From assembly GCA_965113315.1 (NCBI GenBank), contig OZ220377.1: a stretch of 64,000 nucleotides of DNA. One strand, written 5' to 3'. This document shows, in pieces, positions 36,968 to 51,002 of this stretch. The first letter of the stretch is position 1; the number at the start of each line of letters is the position of its first letter. The DNA is from Podarcis vaucheri (Eukaryota). The translations under genes and the position numbers were made by a program. Below the pieces are notes generated by a model. That model was not told where the DNA came from and ran no database searches. It saw only the letters and a list, made by a program, of their open reading frames with translations.

Positions 36968-39900
36968 GACTGCTTTGTAGCTTCCAGCTGAAGAGCACTG
37001 CTTGGGTAGCAGCCATGGAGAGCATCACTCTTCCTTTTGCAGACATTTTTCTTGAGGAGGGGTGTGAGGAAGGAAACTGAGGTCACAGGCAGGAAGTGCC
37101 TACTGTTCCCTGCTGGTCTTCAACTCTTGAGACAACTAGCATTGGGGGCCAATGGCTGGCAAGCTTTTGGAGGCCAATGCTGAATGTGTTCTTTCTCAGC
37201 TAGATTGAGGCTGAGAAGGGCTTTGTTTTGGGAGCTATGTTCTCTAGAAGTATGTTCTTTGTGCAGTAGACTTTGGTCAATAAAGGCCATGAAATTAAAA
37301 TAACTGAGCTGTCCTGTGACTTCAGTTCCAAAACACTTGCCTGCTGATCTTGGATTGGGGCCTCTGCCTGTCCTTTGATATCCTTATGGGGAGCCTCTTC
37401 TGCCTGGGAAGCAACTGCTTGTTTGTGGAGCTCTCTCAAAACCTCCTCATTGCCCCTTACATTTCACTTCTGCTTTTGCTACTCCCACTTCCAAACATAA
37501 AAATTCTCATCTTTTAATTGCAGCCTAAATAATTGCTTGTTTTGTGTGTGTTTTTTGAGCTCCGGCTCTATGAGGCCTGAAGAACAAGGCATCACCAGGC
37601 TGCAGGTTTTCTAACTTATAATTATTGCTTCTTTTGTCATTCTGATGAATCTGGGAGAAGGCCCTCCTTTTAGTGTAGGATTTCTTCTCTGCTGCTTTGT
37701 TTTGTAGACAACTGAGGACATAGGATGGACTGTTCAGATGCTGTGCTTGTGTGCATTTACAGAGGAGTGCTGTATGAAAGCAAAATCCAGAAAATCTTCC
37801 CAAGACCTTTTTACTTTTGGGAGCTGCGTCATTATGTGTTATGGAGGAGTGCTTGTGAAAGGTGTGAATCGCTGCCCATGGCGGTGCTCTACTTCTGCAA
37901 GCAGTACCATGCTGGCAAAGCTGAGTCGCAGAAGGCGCAGCAGCTTCCATGCACAGGGCTGACTTGTCCCTATGCTGCATCTTCTGTGAGTATGCCTTGC
38001 CGACATGGCACTGCTGGGACAAGTAGGGCACTGCTGTGAGCAGTGATTCTCAGGCTTCAAAGCTGCTTGTTACGTATGAATCAGCTGTGGGATGCAGCAG
38101 TTCCACGTAACAAGCTCCCAGTTTGAATGAAAGTCCAGCTCTGCTTTTGAAGAAGTAAATTATGCCCCATTATTAACCTTTCTATTCTTCAATCAAAAGT
38201 TTCAGGCAAGAACAAAGTTAGAGATTTGCACTGATATTTATTTTTGGGTAAAGACGTTAAAATCACAATTATTTGCACAAGTGCTGAATTGTCCATAATA
38301 GCTCATCTGTGTTCTTCTCCAAAGTGGAAAGGAAATACCTTCCTGTGTAAAGCTCACATTGCAAATCCACAGCAAAAATCAAACATATATGCCCATATAT
38401 GAAATCTGAAATGTGGGTGTCTTTTGTCTACCTTTAATACTTTTTTCACAACTGCTCCCATCCCTACAACTGTGCTGCACAAGAGGGGCTTTGTGGCTTA
38501 CAGAGGATTAAATCCTGGATTTGCCCGTGGCCTGGCTGCCCGAGGCCCCAGAGTAGAACCTCCAGGGTGTTGGAGGGTGCCTCTCCAAGACCCTATGTAG
38601 CACCCAGGTGGCAAGGCTGGGAGGGGAGACGACTGTTCCCTTCTTGTTTTGAAATGGCAGTGGCTCCCTTAAGAGGGAGCTCTTCATTTGAATCTCATCT
38701 GCATTTCATTTGAAGCAGCTCCATGCTGGGCTCCAGCCTTGTTATGTTTCCTCTTGAGCAATCCCTTCTCTCTGCAGCTGCCCTTCAGTACTCTGCTCTG
38801 GAAATGCAGTAGCTTCCTCGCCACTGAATCGTCTCTCTGTGTGGCAGAGAAACAAACAGCTGCATCCATCATAAACAGTGGAGCAGAACTTTCCTGGCTA
38901 AATCACTGTGCTCTTTAGCACTTGGGTTGTGGGCAAATTCAGGCGTCTCCCAGTCAACCTTGCCTCCATTGCCCAGCCCTCAAATGGTCGTTTGGCCTTG
39001 CAGATTAAATCTGGCCCCAACTGCTGTCCTTAAGTGAACACAGCTTCAGGCACCATGCCCTTGACACCATTGCCAACAAGGTGCACAGTTCTGCTCATTC
39101 TGCCATGGCTGCACTAGCTAAATTTTCAGAACCAGGTATGAGCACCCACTGTGGGGTGAGCAATCCTGTTTGAAAAGCTGATCTGAAGGGGGTGTGCAGC
39201 TGCTGCTGCCCCTTGTCATCTCTCGACAAGTATCTCATTGGTTGGCCTTTGGGGCGAAAGAGTTAATCCTGCTGCTGCTGCTACTACAGCAGGGCTGTGG
39301 ACTTCAGAGTTGTTAACACTTGTGCCTCTTATTCCCCTGTCCCTTCCATGAAAATGATCCTGACAACACTTTGAGTGTGTAGGAGGTGCAGCAGCAGTAG
39401 CAGCAGCAGCTGGGCTAATCCAAAGTGCTTGTGGCACAGTTCTTTTCTATGGGAGGGGGGAAGTGGATGACTTCGGGAAGTGCCAAACAGGTCTGGTGGA
39501 ATTTCCATCCATTCATGTAAGCTCCTGCCATTCTCATGTGTAGGAAGGTGAAATAAATTCAGGGGAAAGTTTGTTCATGGGGCAGCAGCACATTAAAAGG
39601 TGCTTAGCCAGCTGCTTGGTGCTTGACTCCTGGTGATCCTTGGTAGCTCTGCTTGTTTCATAATTTTCCTTCTCTCTGTGGGCTTGGCTGGCAGTAGGGC
39701 TGGTAGTGCCACCTGCTATTAGATGCTGCTGCTGAAGAAGGAAAGGAGAGAACATGTGGACTGGCCTCATGGCTGAGGCATGGCAGCATCGCACCTAGGC
39801 TTCTGGGGTGCTTACGGTTCCGCTGAGAGTCCGTTTGCTGGGAGGTCTTGGCCAAACCTCCCCTTTATGAAATGGACTCTAGTCCCTGCAAGCTTTTATC

Positions 39901-42900
39901 TTAATTTGTTAACATTTTTAAGGTGCCACAAGACCCTTCGAACACAGTTTAGCCTCCAAACGAAAGTCTTGTTCGCCTGGACCATGAAAACCCTGCTGCC
40001 CCCTGAGCATAGGATTTTCACCAGGTGAAAGCCATAGATGGCAGCGCTTTTGTTTTGAGCTTTGGTAATACACTGCAGAAATTGTGCTCTTGCTTCCTTG
40101 TGGAGAACTGCATTTTGTGTGCAAGGCATGAAACCTTTTGCAACACTTCCAAATGGATCGGCACCTTGAAATTCTGGGGTATTTGCTGTATGGCTTTATA
40201 TAGCTTGTTTCCCTCCCTAGCTCTTTAAAGCTTTTCATGCAAAATCTGGTTGTTGTGAAGGTGTTTATCCTGAAAGCACAATACAGTTTAGGGTTTGGGT
40301 TTTGTTGGCTGATAGCCCGCAGGGACAAGGTGACGTGGCGGGGTGACCGTTCTCTTTTTCTCTTACTGGCACCTAACACTTTGTGCTGGTGCTTGCGTTA
40401 CATCCCAGCAGAGTGACCCTCTTTTCAGACTGGTGCTTATGCAGGGGGGGGGGGAGAGCTTCTCTCTGAAATGTAGATTTCAGTTGCAGTTAGGAGGCAT
40501 GTTCTGCTGCAGGCTTTGAAAATTGGTGACACCAGCAGAATCACTGGCTGCGTGTTGTCATTGAATGTCCATTGGATGAGTGTGTTCTGCACTGTGCGTT
40601 TAGCCAGGGGTGTGTGCCGGAGCCCAGAGGCATGTGTGACATCTGCCCCTTTCCCTTTTTGGCTCCTTCCGCCAATTGTTCTCTCTCTGCCTTTGTATTG
40701 CCAACCTAGTTTCAGCATCACTCCCTTAGCAGCTGTCCATTTTCTCCATGTATGAGAAAACTTTGGCGGCAAAGCCTCACCAAAGCTGATCTCATATTCT
40801 CCTGGTTCTTGGTGTGGGCTGGATCATGTGTGTGCATGTGTTTGTGATTTGAATGTGCTTCTAGGTGAAAACCTTAAAAGCGAGAAAGGGTATCTCCTTC
40901 TGAATTGGTGGTTCCAATTCAATTCTTATGTCTGAAGAAGAACCGAATGGGGGAATGAGACAGCTGCTCATATAAAATGGAGGGAGGAGCGTGTGATTGT
41001 GCTTCTGTGCTGCATCTAGGAGCTATCACTGTAAGTGAAGCAAGTCTTTAGTTCTCGGTGCTTCAGAGTAATATTTCATAAACATCAACTTCTGCCCCTT
41101 CCTTCTCTGGATGCAAATCTTCCATTTATCTCCTCTCGCTGCTAACCTAACTCCATGTGCTTTTTGAAGGAGGGGTTGAGTGGTTTGTTCAATCTCCAGA
41201 TCTGTCCTAGCTCTTTCAGATTCACTGAAAGCTAACAGAACTTGTAGACTTTGGTGCAAGTTGGACCCCACCTTCCTTGGAATATTGATCATTGCCCTCT
41301 CCTCCTCCTGATGCTTCCCCTCTCTAGCTCCCACACAGGTGGAGCAGCAAGTGCTTTCTAACATCATCTGGGAGAGAATGCAGTACCAACATTCACTGCA
41401 GGCTTGTTTGCCTCTCTGTATGCCTAAGGAGGAGCTGTACAAATAAGCAAGGAGGGGGTAATGGTGGTATCAGCAACATCCGCACCATATGGGTAGGCGG
41501 TGGTGCCCTTGGCCCGGCAGATCTGCGTGTCAGAGGCAGGAACCAGGATGTAGGGAGTGGAGATGGAAATACAGCTGTCATAGCTGGGTGTGTGTTAGTT
41601 TCTGTGCAGGAGCAGTTGGGTGTGGTTCCTTCCAGGGCACAAAGCTTGCTTTGGATAACTGGGGCTTGTTCTTGTAGTTCTGTTGCTCCTTTGCTATGTT
41701 TCAGCCTCCTCAAACCCCATTCTCCCCTATGAGCCATCTTGTGCCTGTTGTTTAATGCAGTTTTTGTTGTCAGGTACCTCCTGCCTGGGTGAAGGGATGG
41801 CTCTTCTTCTTTAATTAATATTTTATTATAATAAATGGGTGGGGGAATAGTTCTAATGAGAACCAGCTGGTTTTCTACTGGGATTGCATGGGGAAGTACC
41901 CTGATATTTGACCTGTCTTCAGATTTAGATCATGGTAGATTCTGCAGGCCCAGTCCATGCTGGTGGTGGCTGTTGCAGCTAAGGCAGAGAGAGGAAGCTG
42001 CATTTCGCAGGGGTTACAGATGCATCCCCTTGGGCCTCCAAGCTTGAGTTGGAAGAAGGGGCTCAGTTCTCCAAGCCACGTCTTGTTCACTTAGGAAGCT
42101 GGTAGTTCAGTTCCTACTGTGCAGCTCATCTATTCTCTTACAATTTAATGTGAATTACTGTCTTTAGGATAGGGGAGTGTGGAGAAAAGAAGCTGGCTGT
42201 TTAGAAGGTTCCCCATCTGACATATTGCAGCCCTTTGCTAAGGAGGAGAGCGTTGATGAGGCAGCTTGAGTGCACTTTGCATATGACAGTCTGGAGTGTG
42301 TTTGACCTTTGTTTACCTTGTAAGACAGTTAGCCTCCCTTGGCAGAAATTAACTTCCTTCCTCTGGCCGAGTCTTGCAGTTTTGACTTTGTTCCAGCCTC
42401 CTCACAAGGCCTTGCGTGATAATGCGCTGCAACCACAGGTGATGCCAGAGAGAGAGAATGCTCACTGCCCTTGCTTCAGTGCACATTGAGGCCTCTGTGT
42501 CCCCCTCCCCTGCCCTGTAATGAGAGCAGTTCTAGTAATGAGGCTCAGAACAATCTCTGGGATCATTTTCTGCAAGGTGCTGGGCCTCTGCCTCTATCCC
42601 TTTGTTTGCTGACACTGGTGCCATTCCATAAGAGCAAGGTTTATTGCTGACTTCTCAGATAAAGCCACTCTCCCTCTCTAAGGTGCTCAGCTGTTGTCCT
42701 CCTAGGTCAAACTGGATGCTTCTTGCATGTTGTTCACCAGCATACCTGGAACATTCTTGAAAGAAATGGCCTTGGCATAGATGGATTCACAGCGTATTCC
42801 CTGGCTCAGACCCATGATGGCTGCAACATGGCCCACTCAGGAGCCTGGAGTGGCATTGACTGGTCTCCTGTGAAAATGTACAACCAACTCACTTGTGTTG

Positions 42901-43210
42901 GGCTAGTGGTGGATTTCCTTAAGGCTGCTTTCAGGTGGGGGAGGGAACTCAAGAGGTCTGTTCCAGAGTCTTTGGGCCTTGCACAGAGACCCACTCTTCC
43001 AGTCCAGGTGACAATGGATCACTTCTGAACCAATGTAAACAAGACACATTGGTTTCCCCATTAGATTCCAGTCTTCACACATTTGAGCTTGTTTTCTGAT
43101 GCTTGGATCCAAACTGTCAAGCCCATTTTCTCTAGGAAAAGCCCTTTTTTTCCTTAGTGTTGATAGAGTCCCACAGAATTTCATTGTAGTGCATGGATCT
43201 AGCCTAAATC

Positions 43211-43400
43211 TAGCAAAAACAACAAGCAGTCTTGCAGCACCTTAAAGACTAGAAAAATTATTATGGCATAAGATTTCATGAACTAGATTCTGTTTCACCA
43301 GATACATTTGATAGAGTAGCCCACAAAAGCTTCAGCTGAAATAAAACCATCAGACTTAAAGACTTAAAGTGCCACAAGACTCCTCCTTGTTTTTGCTGCA
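43211..43400. mobile_element. Penelope-like element remnant with inverted termini
   Basis: GCAAAAACAACAAG.AGTCTTG..GCACCTTAAAGACT pairs with TTAAAGTGCCACAAGACTCC..TTGTTTTTGC. The minus strand carries a decayed CTG(G)TGA...GAAA hammerhead-like core. Confidence 0.65.
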
Positions 43401-45738
43401 AGAGAGTGGGTGAGACGGCTGCCACCCCTTCAGAAATTGTTGTTGATCCTGCAGAGAAGGAAGCATGACACTAATGCACCGATCTGCCCCACTGTGATGC
43501 AGGCAGCGAAATCCTCTGGCTGGGCCTTCATTATCCTATAATTAGCCAGCAGCTTCTCCTGAGTGAGGCCCTTGTGAACAGTGTCTGTGAGCAGTTGGGT
43601 GGGTGGGGGTCTTGACTTGCTCTGGGGTCCTTACTCATAGAGGGTGTAGCGGGAAGTCCATCCATAGTGTTACTAGTTGATATATCCCCCAACCTTGAGG
43701 AGCTGCATCGTTTGGATGCTTCATGGCTGATTTCAGTGATTTGCAGCACTGGCTGGGTTTTTGGGTAGCAGTTGAAACCAAGAACCTGTGAAACCTAGTT
43801 TAAAACTTTTAAAAACAGTTTTATTTCTGATTTGCAACAGAATAAAAACACACACAAAAGAATCAGGAACTCAATCAAGTACATCAAGCAGAGACACTAA
43901 GGATAAATTAGGACACATTACTGAATATGTTTTTCTTTTGTTGATGGCCACATATTTTTAAATCTAAGACTGTCTTTCTATAACTGACCATGGGTAAATG
44001 GTGAGTGACTCATTGCAAGGGATAACAACAGGCCTCTATTGACTGCTTGATTCTCTTAAGAACTGATATGAAAGATTGCTACTAAGCAAGACAAGGCATA
44101 CACCAGAAGAGGAGAGAATTCTTAGGAAACCACTCATTTGGAATTGCTCCCACCATGTATGGTGAACTTATCTCTTGCACATGGTTCTGTCCAGGAGTCA
44201 ATCTCTTCCTCTGCATATGATCCCAGTCTATCCTGACAGGGATCAGGGTTATGGCTTGGCTGTTTCAGCCACCATGCCAGGAGACTTGGGTGGAGCTTGG
44301 CCCAGTGACAGAAGACACAAACTTTTGTTTGTGCTTTGTTAACTGATGTATGAATCCCAGTGAGCTATTGACATCTTTAGTTCCTGCTGTTCTCTTCATA
44401 AGGGAAAGGGACCTTCCTTCTTCCTGTAGGGAAGAGCCCCAGGGCCTATGTAGCTGAACAAATGACAGAGCATTCGTAATACTGAAGTCCAGAAATCTTG
44501 GGCTTAAAATGCTGTTGATTTTAATGGAATGTCTTGTTTCTGAACACTTTCACTTGGAAGTATATTCCACAAAAGGAATCCCACTTTCCTAGTACATGTT
44601 TTTTATTTTCTCACATTTTACAAGTTTATATGGTGATTTGTTAAACCCTGAGAAACATGAGGATAGTGTGAATTTACGAAGATGCTTCCTTCTCACCAGG
44701 ATAGTCTCCAACTGGCACCTCTCTTCAGGATCCCTCCAATTGCCTAAGATGTCAGAGGTTGACCTGGGGATATTAGGCATGTAACACAGGCGCCCTCCCA
44801 CTGAACTCCAGGAGTTGCTGGTGCTCGCCTCTGTGGTTCACCCTGTTACTTCTATACTTTTAGTTTGTGGGCAGGTATAGAAGAAAAGCTGAATATGAGG
44901 GTGAAGTTGTCATTGCCCAAGACCTTTTTATATTTTGAGTGTTCAACTTACACTTGTCACCCGGTGTGAGGAATGGCAACAGGTAATGAAATGATCTTTG
45001 CAACCTGCTTCTGGTGGCCTGTGACTTGGCTTTCACTCAGGAAAACAGGTTCCTAAATGCATACTGTAATGCCTGAAGCTCCATGCACCTTGAGAATCTT
45101 CTCTTCTTGGCTTAAAGATAAAGATATTAACAAATGTAAGGGAGTAATGAGCGGAGATGCAAAACACAGCTTTTGTTTCAGTTTTCTGTGATGCAAATGG
45201 ATAAAGGAATAAAGGAGGAGAGGAGAAAATAATCGGATTCCCATTAACCTTCATAGCCAACCAGCTGTGAGCTGGCTCAGAAAATAGGGGATAGATTGCA
45301 ATGTGTTTCCGAGCTCTGCTTGCCTTGTTGTGCTTATGACAAGGCCATAAGGGGATAAGGTGAGCATCCTGAAATGAATGCTTTGCTTCCTGCATGCATG
45401 CTAGCAATGGGATAGGGACGTGTCTCTTGTACAAAAAGGGACCTTGTCAGAACCTTCAGTGTAAGGGAAGGTGACTCTTTCTTAAACTGAGACTGAGAAA
45501 TGCCCAGGCTTCACTCCACATTTGCATGAAGGTAGGGAAAAGGAGTAGAATTGGACAGTCTGGGAGATGTCCCTGATGGACCCCTGCCTAGGAGGAGGGG
45601 TTGTTAGTGCCAGCATCTGATTCCACTGAAGTTATTGACTCATTCATTGGGGGAAAGTAGGCAGGTTTGGGAGACCCACCATCCTTACCATCACCCCTTT
45701 GAATGGAAGCTCTTCCCTCTCCACCCCTAGATCTAGAG

Positions 45739-45874
45739 CAGTGATGGCCAAACTTGGCCCTCCAGCTGTTTTGGGACTACAACTCCCATCACCCCTAGCT
45801 AACAGGACCAGTGGTCAGGGATGATGGAAATTGTAGTCCCAAAACAGCTGGAGGGCCAAGTGTGGCCATCACTG
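45739..45874. mobile_element. 136-bp palindromic hAT MITE (alternative TIR type)
   Basis: TIR CAGTGATGGCCA / TGGCCATCACTG and TSD ATCTAGAG / ATCTAGCG. The core is the same as 36525-36660 in the opposite orientation. Confidence 0.93.
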
Positions 45875-45949
45875 ATCTAGCGGATAAGAGGACAAGAGGC
45901 ACACGCCAATTAGGTGAGCTCCACAGCTGTGTGCATTGTGCTTTCTCAG

Positions 45950-46500
45950 AACTTGGTCTGAAATATCCTTGATCGAGCATTGTCACTGGAGTCTCAAGTG
46001 CCTTCAGTGTCCAGGGGTGGTGTTTACTAGCTTTGGAGGGTTCACCAGCCACAGCTGTTCTTGACAGGGATAGTTTGGCGACTGTGGCCCATTGCATAGG
46101 TAACCTGTAGACTTGGTTACTGTAATGTGCTTTATGAGGGGCTGTCCTTGAATATGCTCTGTAAGCTGCAGCTAATGCAAAATGCTGCTGCATGATTACT
46201 CTCTGGGGCAACCTACTGACAACATGTGACTCCTTTTTTGAAAGTGTTGTGCTGGGTGTCAATTTGCTACCCAATTAGTTTCAAGGTTTTACTACTACTT
46301 GTGTATAAAGTCCTGTAGGGTTCTGGACCAGGGTATCTGAGAAGCTGCCTCTCCACCTATATCCACTTGTATTTGTTAGTGAAGATCTGTTGATGGTGCA
46401 GTAAAGTACTTTATGACTCAAGCACATGTTTTTAGTTTTCCGGCACCAGTTTTGTGTACTTTAGAGTTTGAGACTCTCGTTGGAATACCTGCAAAACATG
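45950..46500 (+). mobile_element. Degenerate L2 3' fragment (a similar one lies at ~18000-18300)
   Basis: GTAGACTTGGTTACTGTAATGTGCTTTATGAGGGGCTGTCCTTGAA resembles the L2 motif SRLDYCNALYVGLPLK and matches 23068-23130 in this window. Confidence 0.55.
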
Positions 46501-49500
46501 TTGTGATTCTGTGATCTCGGGCACACAATCTTTTTTTCAGTAGGACTCTCCCCTCTTTGCACCAGCCCAGAGCATGGAGGGAGGCTTGGCAGGGGCTGAA
46601 TGTGCTGTCTTGAAGGACATGTTAAGCCATAGTGCACAAATGTTTGTGGCCTTCCTTTCATCCTTTCTTTTGGAAGGTGCGGGTATGAGCTAACGCATCT
46701 ACCCTCTGAAATTTATAGCTTTTAATTAATTCAAAATTGCAACATAGCTTTTTATGATAAGTGGAGGCATTTCAGCAAGTCAGGGAATGAGCCTTCGCAG
46801 TGATCCACGCCAAATCTTGCAGGACTTAAGTATCAGTGCAATAAACAAATAAAGCTGGAAGGTATAAGAAGGAAGCAGCCCAAGACACCTAAGTATTGTC
46901 TAGAACTGAGACAGAACTGATTTTTCCAGGACCCATTTCCCACTTCCAAAATCTGTAACTGTAAGACCCATTACTTCTGCACAAGCCCCACACATAACCT
47001 TCCATGGCTTTTTAGAAAATTCATTTCTGCTGTGCATATTGACAATAATTTCTTTTCTCTGCTTTAACTACCCACAAGCACTAGTAAATTTCAGTGCTAG
47101 ACTGTCTTGCTTCATTAAGGTCTTTCATTGCACTTCTGGCGTCCTCATACTTGTAAGCCTGGTGCTCTAAACTTGGCTTTTGATGACTTCTGAGCCCAGC
47201 TTGTTTTAGAACCATTCAAAGGGCTCAGATGCTCATAGTGTGTGCCACTCCACAAGCTAAATACAATGAGATCTCTTGGGCCAAAATCCTGCTCAGTGTA
47301 GTGCAACCAGATCCTCACTGACCAGGGGCAGCCCATCCTATTTTGCTGCCTGAGGAGAAATGGGAAGGTGTTACCCCATGCCTTCCTGCCCCACTTTGCT
47401 GCCCCTGCGGAGGCCTCGCTTACTGGGGGCATGGCTGTGGCTTTCAGGTTCCAGAGATATGTTGCGAGAGCCCCACAATATCTTGTGGTGCTCTCTCACC
47501 ATCTTGTGAAATGGTTCGAGGAAGAGAGGCTGCACACTGCCAAATGAGACAGGAGCTGCCATGGAATGTGCTGTTGGTTTCCAGCTGCCACTCAACTCTC
47601 CCAGGCTGGCTATGAGATGTACTGAACGTGTGGCAGAGGTGAACTTTGTGGCTCGCTTCCAGATCTGTAATACATGTTTATCTGTGTTCCGCCACAAGGG
47701 TATTTCCTGGGTGATTTTAACCCACTGACCTGCTGCTCCCCCAAGGGGACAGAATAAACTAAGAGAAAGCAAGTGGATTATTTGATGTCTGCCATAAAGC
47801 AGCTGTAAATTGCTGTCAAGGGAGGGGAAATGAATATGGGGATTTATCGCTGATGGTTTTGAGGAGCAAAGAGCAAGTGCACCTTGTGGATTCCTTGCAG
47901 TCCTTTGAGTGCAGGCCTCTAGCCTCTATCCCTATAGATGTTGCTGAACTACAACTTTAATCAGTCCCAGCTAGCATGGCCAATGGTCAGGGATGGGTAG
48001 TTGTAGTACTGCAACATGAGAAAGTGTTAATGTGAGCCTTCCCACTTCTCTATGGCTCCCTCTGTGTGAGTCTTGTAGGGTGAGCTTAGGGCCATGCCAA
48101 ATTTTCTGTTAAATGCATTTTCACATGTTCGTGTTTTAGTAGTACTGTAGCTGTGAAACCCTGATTTGGATTACACCGTGGAGGAGGGGTAAAGACGTTT
48201 CCGTGCACTGAAATTCTGACACGGGCAACTTTCCTCAACCTGCAGTTTTCTGCAGCAGACATTTTCAGGGAATTCTTGGGATTGTAGTGCAAGAGGAAAA
48301 CATCCCCTCTACTTATGCAGTGATTTGGATCAGAGGCTAACCCTCCAGGGGCTGCATGCTGATTGGCCGGATGTTGCTGTTTTCGGAGGCATGTGCCATT
48401 TGTACTTTGTGTGTCCTTCATGAACAGCTTTGCATGTCCTCCTTATGTTTCCTTCTGTTTGGAGAGACGGAACTCTTGGAACCCCTGAGTGTTAAAGGGC
48501 GACCATACCTGCCCATCCAGCATGTTCCTTCTGATAGGCTTCCTTTATTCCTAAATAGTTTTCTGCTGGTGGTGGGTGAAACATGCTTTTGAAGATTCTT
48601 CTGCCATTGGAGGGAGGTGCCAGACTCAGTGGGTGTTTCCTCTGGCCTATTAGCAGTGCTCTAGCGGTTGCTGTCTTTGTCTAGGGGCCCCCAGTTAGCC
48701 TTGGGTGAGCAGCACTGGAGAGCAGGGGAAAGGCACTGGAGGTGCTGGGCACACTGGCTGCCTAAGTTATCTGAATGTAAAAATGGGTCAGTGGGGGAAT
48801 GCTAGACTGTGTGTGTACCCAGGATGAAAATATTGGAATCAGCCTGCCAGCGCTGTAAAGTGAAGTTTCTTAGCTTGCAACACGCTGTGCATTGGGTCTC
48901 TCCGGCTTGGACTGATTAAGCTTGCTTGAGCTTTTAAGTGATTTGGGGAGGAGGGGGCAAAGGGGGTCGTTTCTTGTGCGTAATGGCTCCATCCTGGCAA
49001 GAGCTTTGGACCCACATAGCTCCTCTGGAAAGGGGCTCCTTATGGCGTGAAAAGCCCATCTGAAGAGAAGCCGAGTGTGGGGTTGGTCTTGGAATGTGCT
49101 TTTAGCATCAATATTTAGAAACTGAATATGTAAATAATGGATCACCTGCGTTTGTTGGAGCTGCCGCCCAGTCACCAGTGGTGACACAGAGACCTTCTTT
49201 GGTTGGGATTTTGCCATCCTACTACTATAAGGAGGGAACGTGATGCTCTCCTGCTGCTCAAAGTCCTAGGTTTGCTGCCTTGCTTTAGAAATGGGGTAGG
49301 GATGCGGGAGATGTTTTGTGCAGCCCAGCATGAGCAGATGGAAAAAGGCTGAAGTCTCTTCAGCACAGACTTCAGCTGTGGTGCCAGTGGAGTGGAGGTC
49401 TATCTGCAAAGGCATAGCCAGGCTGGAATTGGCTAGCTGTTTATTCTCATAAACAAGTTCCTGCATTAACACTGAATATCCTTGTAGTGGCTGGGAGCAC

Positions 49501-49865
49501 TGTGGTTTGTGGGAACTGACCTTTTCCCTTTCTTGGCCAGAAACAAATAATGCCCCCAGCCGATGTAAGGACTTGGTTTGGCCATGGAGTCCCTCTGGAC
49601 CTTTTCCTAACATCCATGTGCAGGGAAAGACAAGATGGGGAAACCAACAAACATTTCTGCAGAGCTGTACCTTTTATTATTAATTATTATTTTACGTGTC
49701 CTTCACCCTAAGGTCCCAGGGCAGGTCACAACAATTTAAAAAGAATGTTTAAAACAGTTTAAAACAAATTAAAGTAACAAGAACGGGGGTGGGGGTCCTA
49801 AATATTCATCTCAGGTGTAAAAGGTCAGGGAAAAGAGCCGTGTTCTGCATTTTAGCCAAAATATA

Positions 49866-50620
49866 AAATGCATAGGTATAGGATAGGGGATACCTGGCTT
49901 AGCGGTAGGACATGTGGAGAAGACTTTGGATTTGTAGTTGATCACAAACAAAATATTAGTCAGCAGGGATGTGGCTGCAAGATGCAATTTTAGGCTGTGT
50001 TAATAGAATCATAATTTCCAAGTCATGGGAATAGTTCTGCTTTATTATGCATTAGTCAGACCTCACCTGGAGTCCTGTGTCCAGTTCTGGGTATTGTACT
50101 TTAAGAAGAATGTATTGCAGACAAATTAGAAATGAGTTCAGAGGAGAGCAATGAAGATGGTAGGGAAAAGGAGTCCTGCAAAAGGAACTTGCTTTATTCA
50201 TTTATTTATAGCCCCACCCTTTACCAGATGGTTCCAGGGCAGGTTACTAAAACCTAAAAAATAAATTAAGTACAATGTACATTTAAAATCATAAAAAATA
50301 AAAACCACAAAAACAGCCAATGCCAGAATGAGGAAGGTTGAAGGAACTGAGCATATTTAGCCTGGAGGAAAAAGACGGGGTGGGAAATGAGAAAATCCTT
50401 CATATCTCTGAAGGACAAAGACTAGATCAGAGGACTTAAATCTTAGGAGAGTAGATTTCAGTTAAGAATGAAGGAGGAATTCTCTCTGGTAAGAGCAATT
50501 GGACAAAAGGACCAAATTAATGGTGATATTTATGATTGTCCCTCACTGGAGGCCTTCAACAATCTATTGAGGATGCTCTTGCTATGGAGTTGGATGAGGT
50601 GGCATATTGTATGATTCAGT
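49866..50620 (+). mobile_element. CR1 LINE ORF2 3' fragment
   Basis: Remnants read YRIGDTWL...DFGFVVDHK...AILGCVNR...LYYALVRPHLESCVQFW...VQRRAMKMV, the classic CR1 ORF2 C-terminus. Confidence 0.88.
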
Positions 50621-50640
50621 GAATTTTGCTCTGCTTAACA

Positions 50641-50812
50641 TTTTAGAATGGAAGTGACCCCCCAAGGGTCATCTAGTCCAACCCCCTGAAATTCAGGAAT
50701 CTCAACTAAAGCATCCATGACATGTAGCCAGCCAACTTCTGCTTAAAAACCTTCAATGAAGGAGAGTCCACAATCTCCTGAGGGAGCCTGTTCCCTGTTG
50801 AACAGCTCTTAA
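50641..50812 (-). mobile_element. CR1 3' end, opposite orientation to the adjacent copy
   Basis: TAGAATGGAAGTGACCCCCAAGGGTCATCTAGTCCAACCCCCTG...GAAGGAGAGTCCAC is the reverse complement of a CR1 terminus. Confidence 0.8.
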
Positions 50813-50945
50813 TCTTGACCTCTTCTGGTTTCAAAGGGATGGTGGTTTGTGGGATGGAGTGGATGGGAGGTAAAATGTAATGTAACCAGTGGGGTTTCTA
50901 TGCCTATCTTGGAACACGGTAGGAAACATTGCATGCCCACCACAC

Positions 50946-50946
<1 letters not shown>

Positions 50947-51002
<56 letters not shown>
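50947..51002. repeat. Compound (GT)n(GA)n microsatellite
   Basis: Visible directly in the sequence. Confidence 0.95.
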
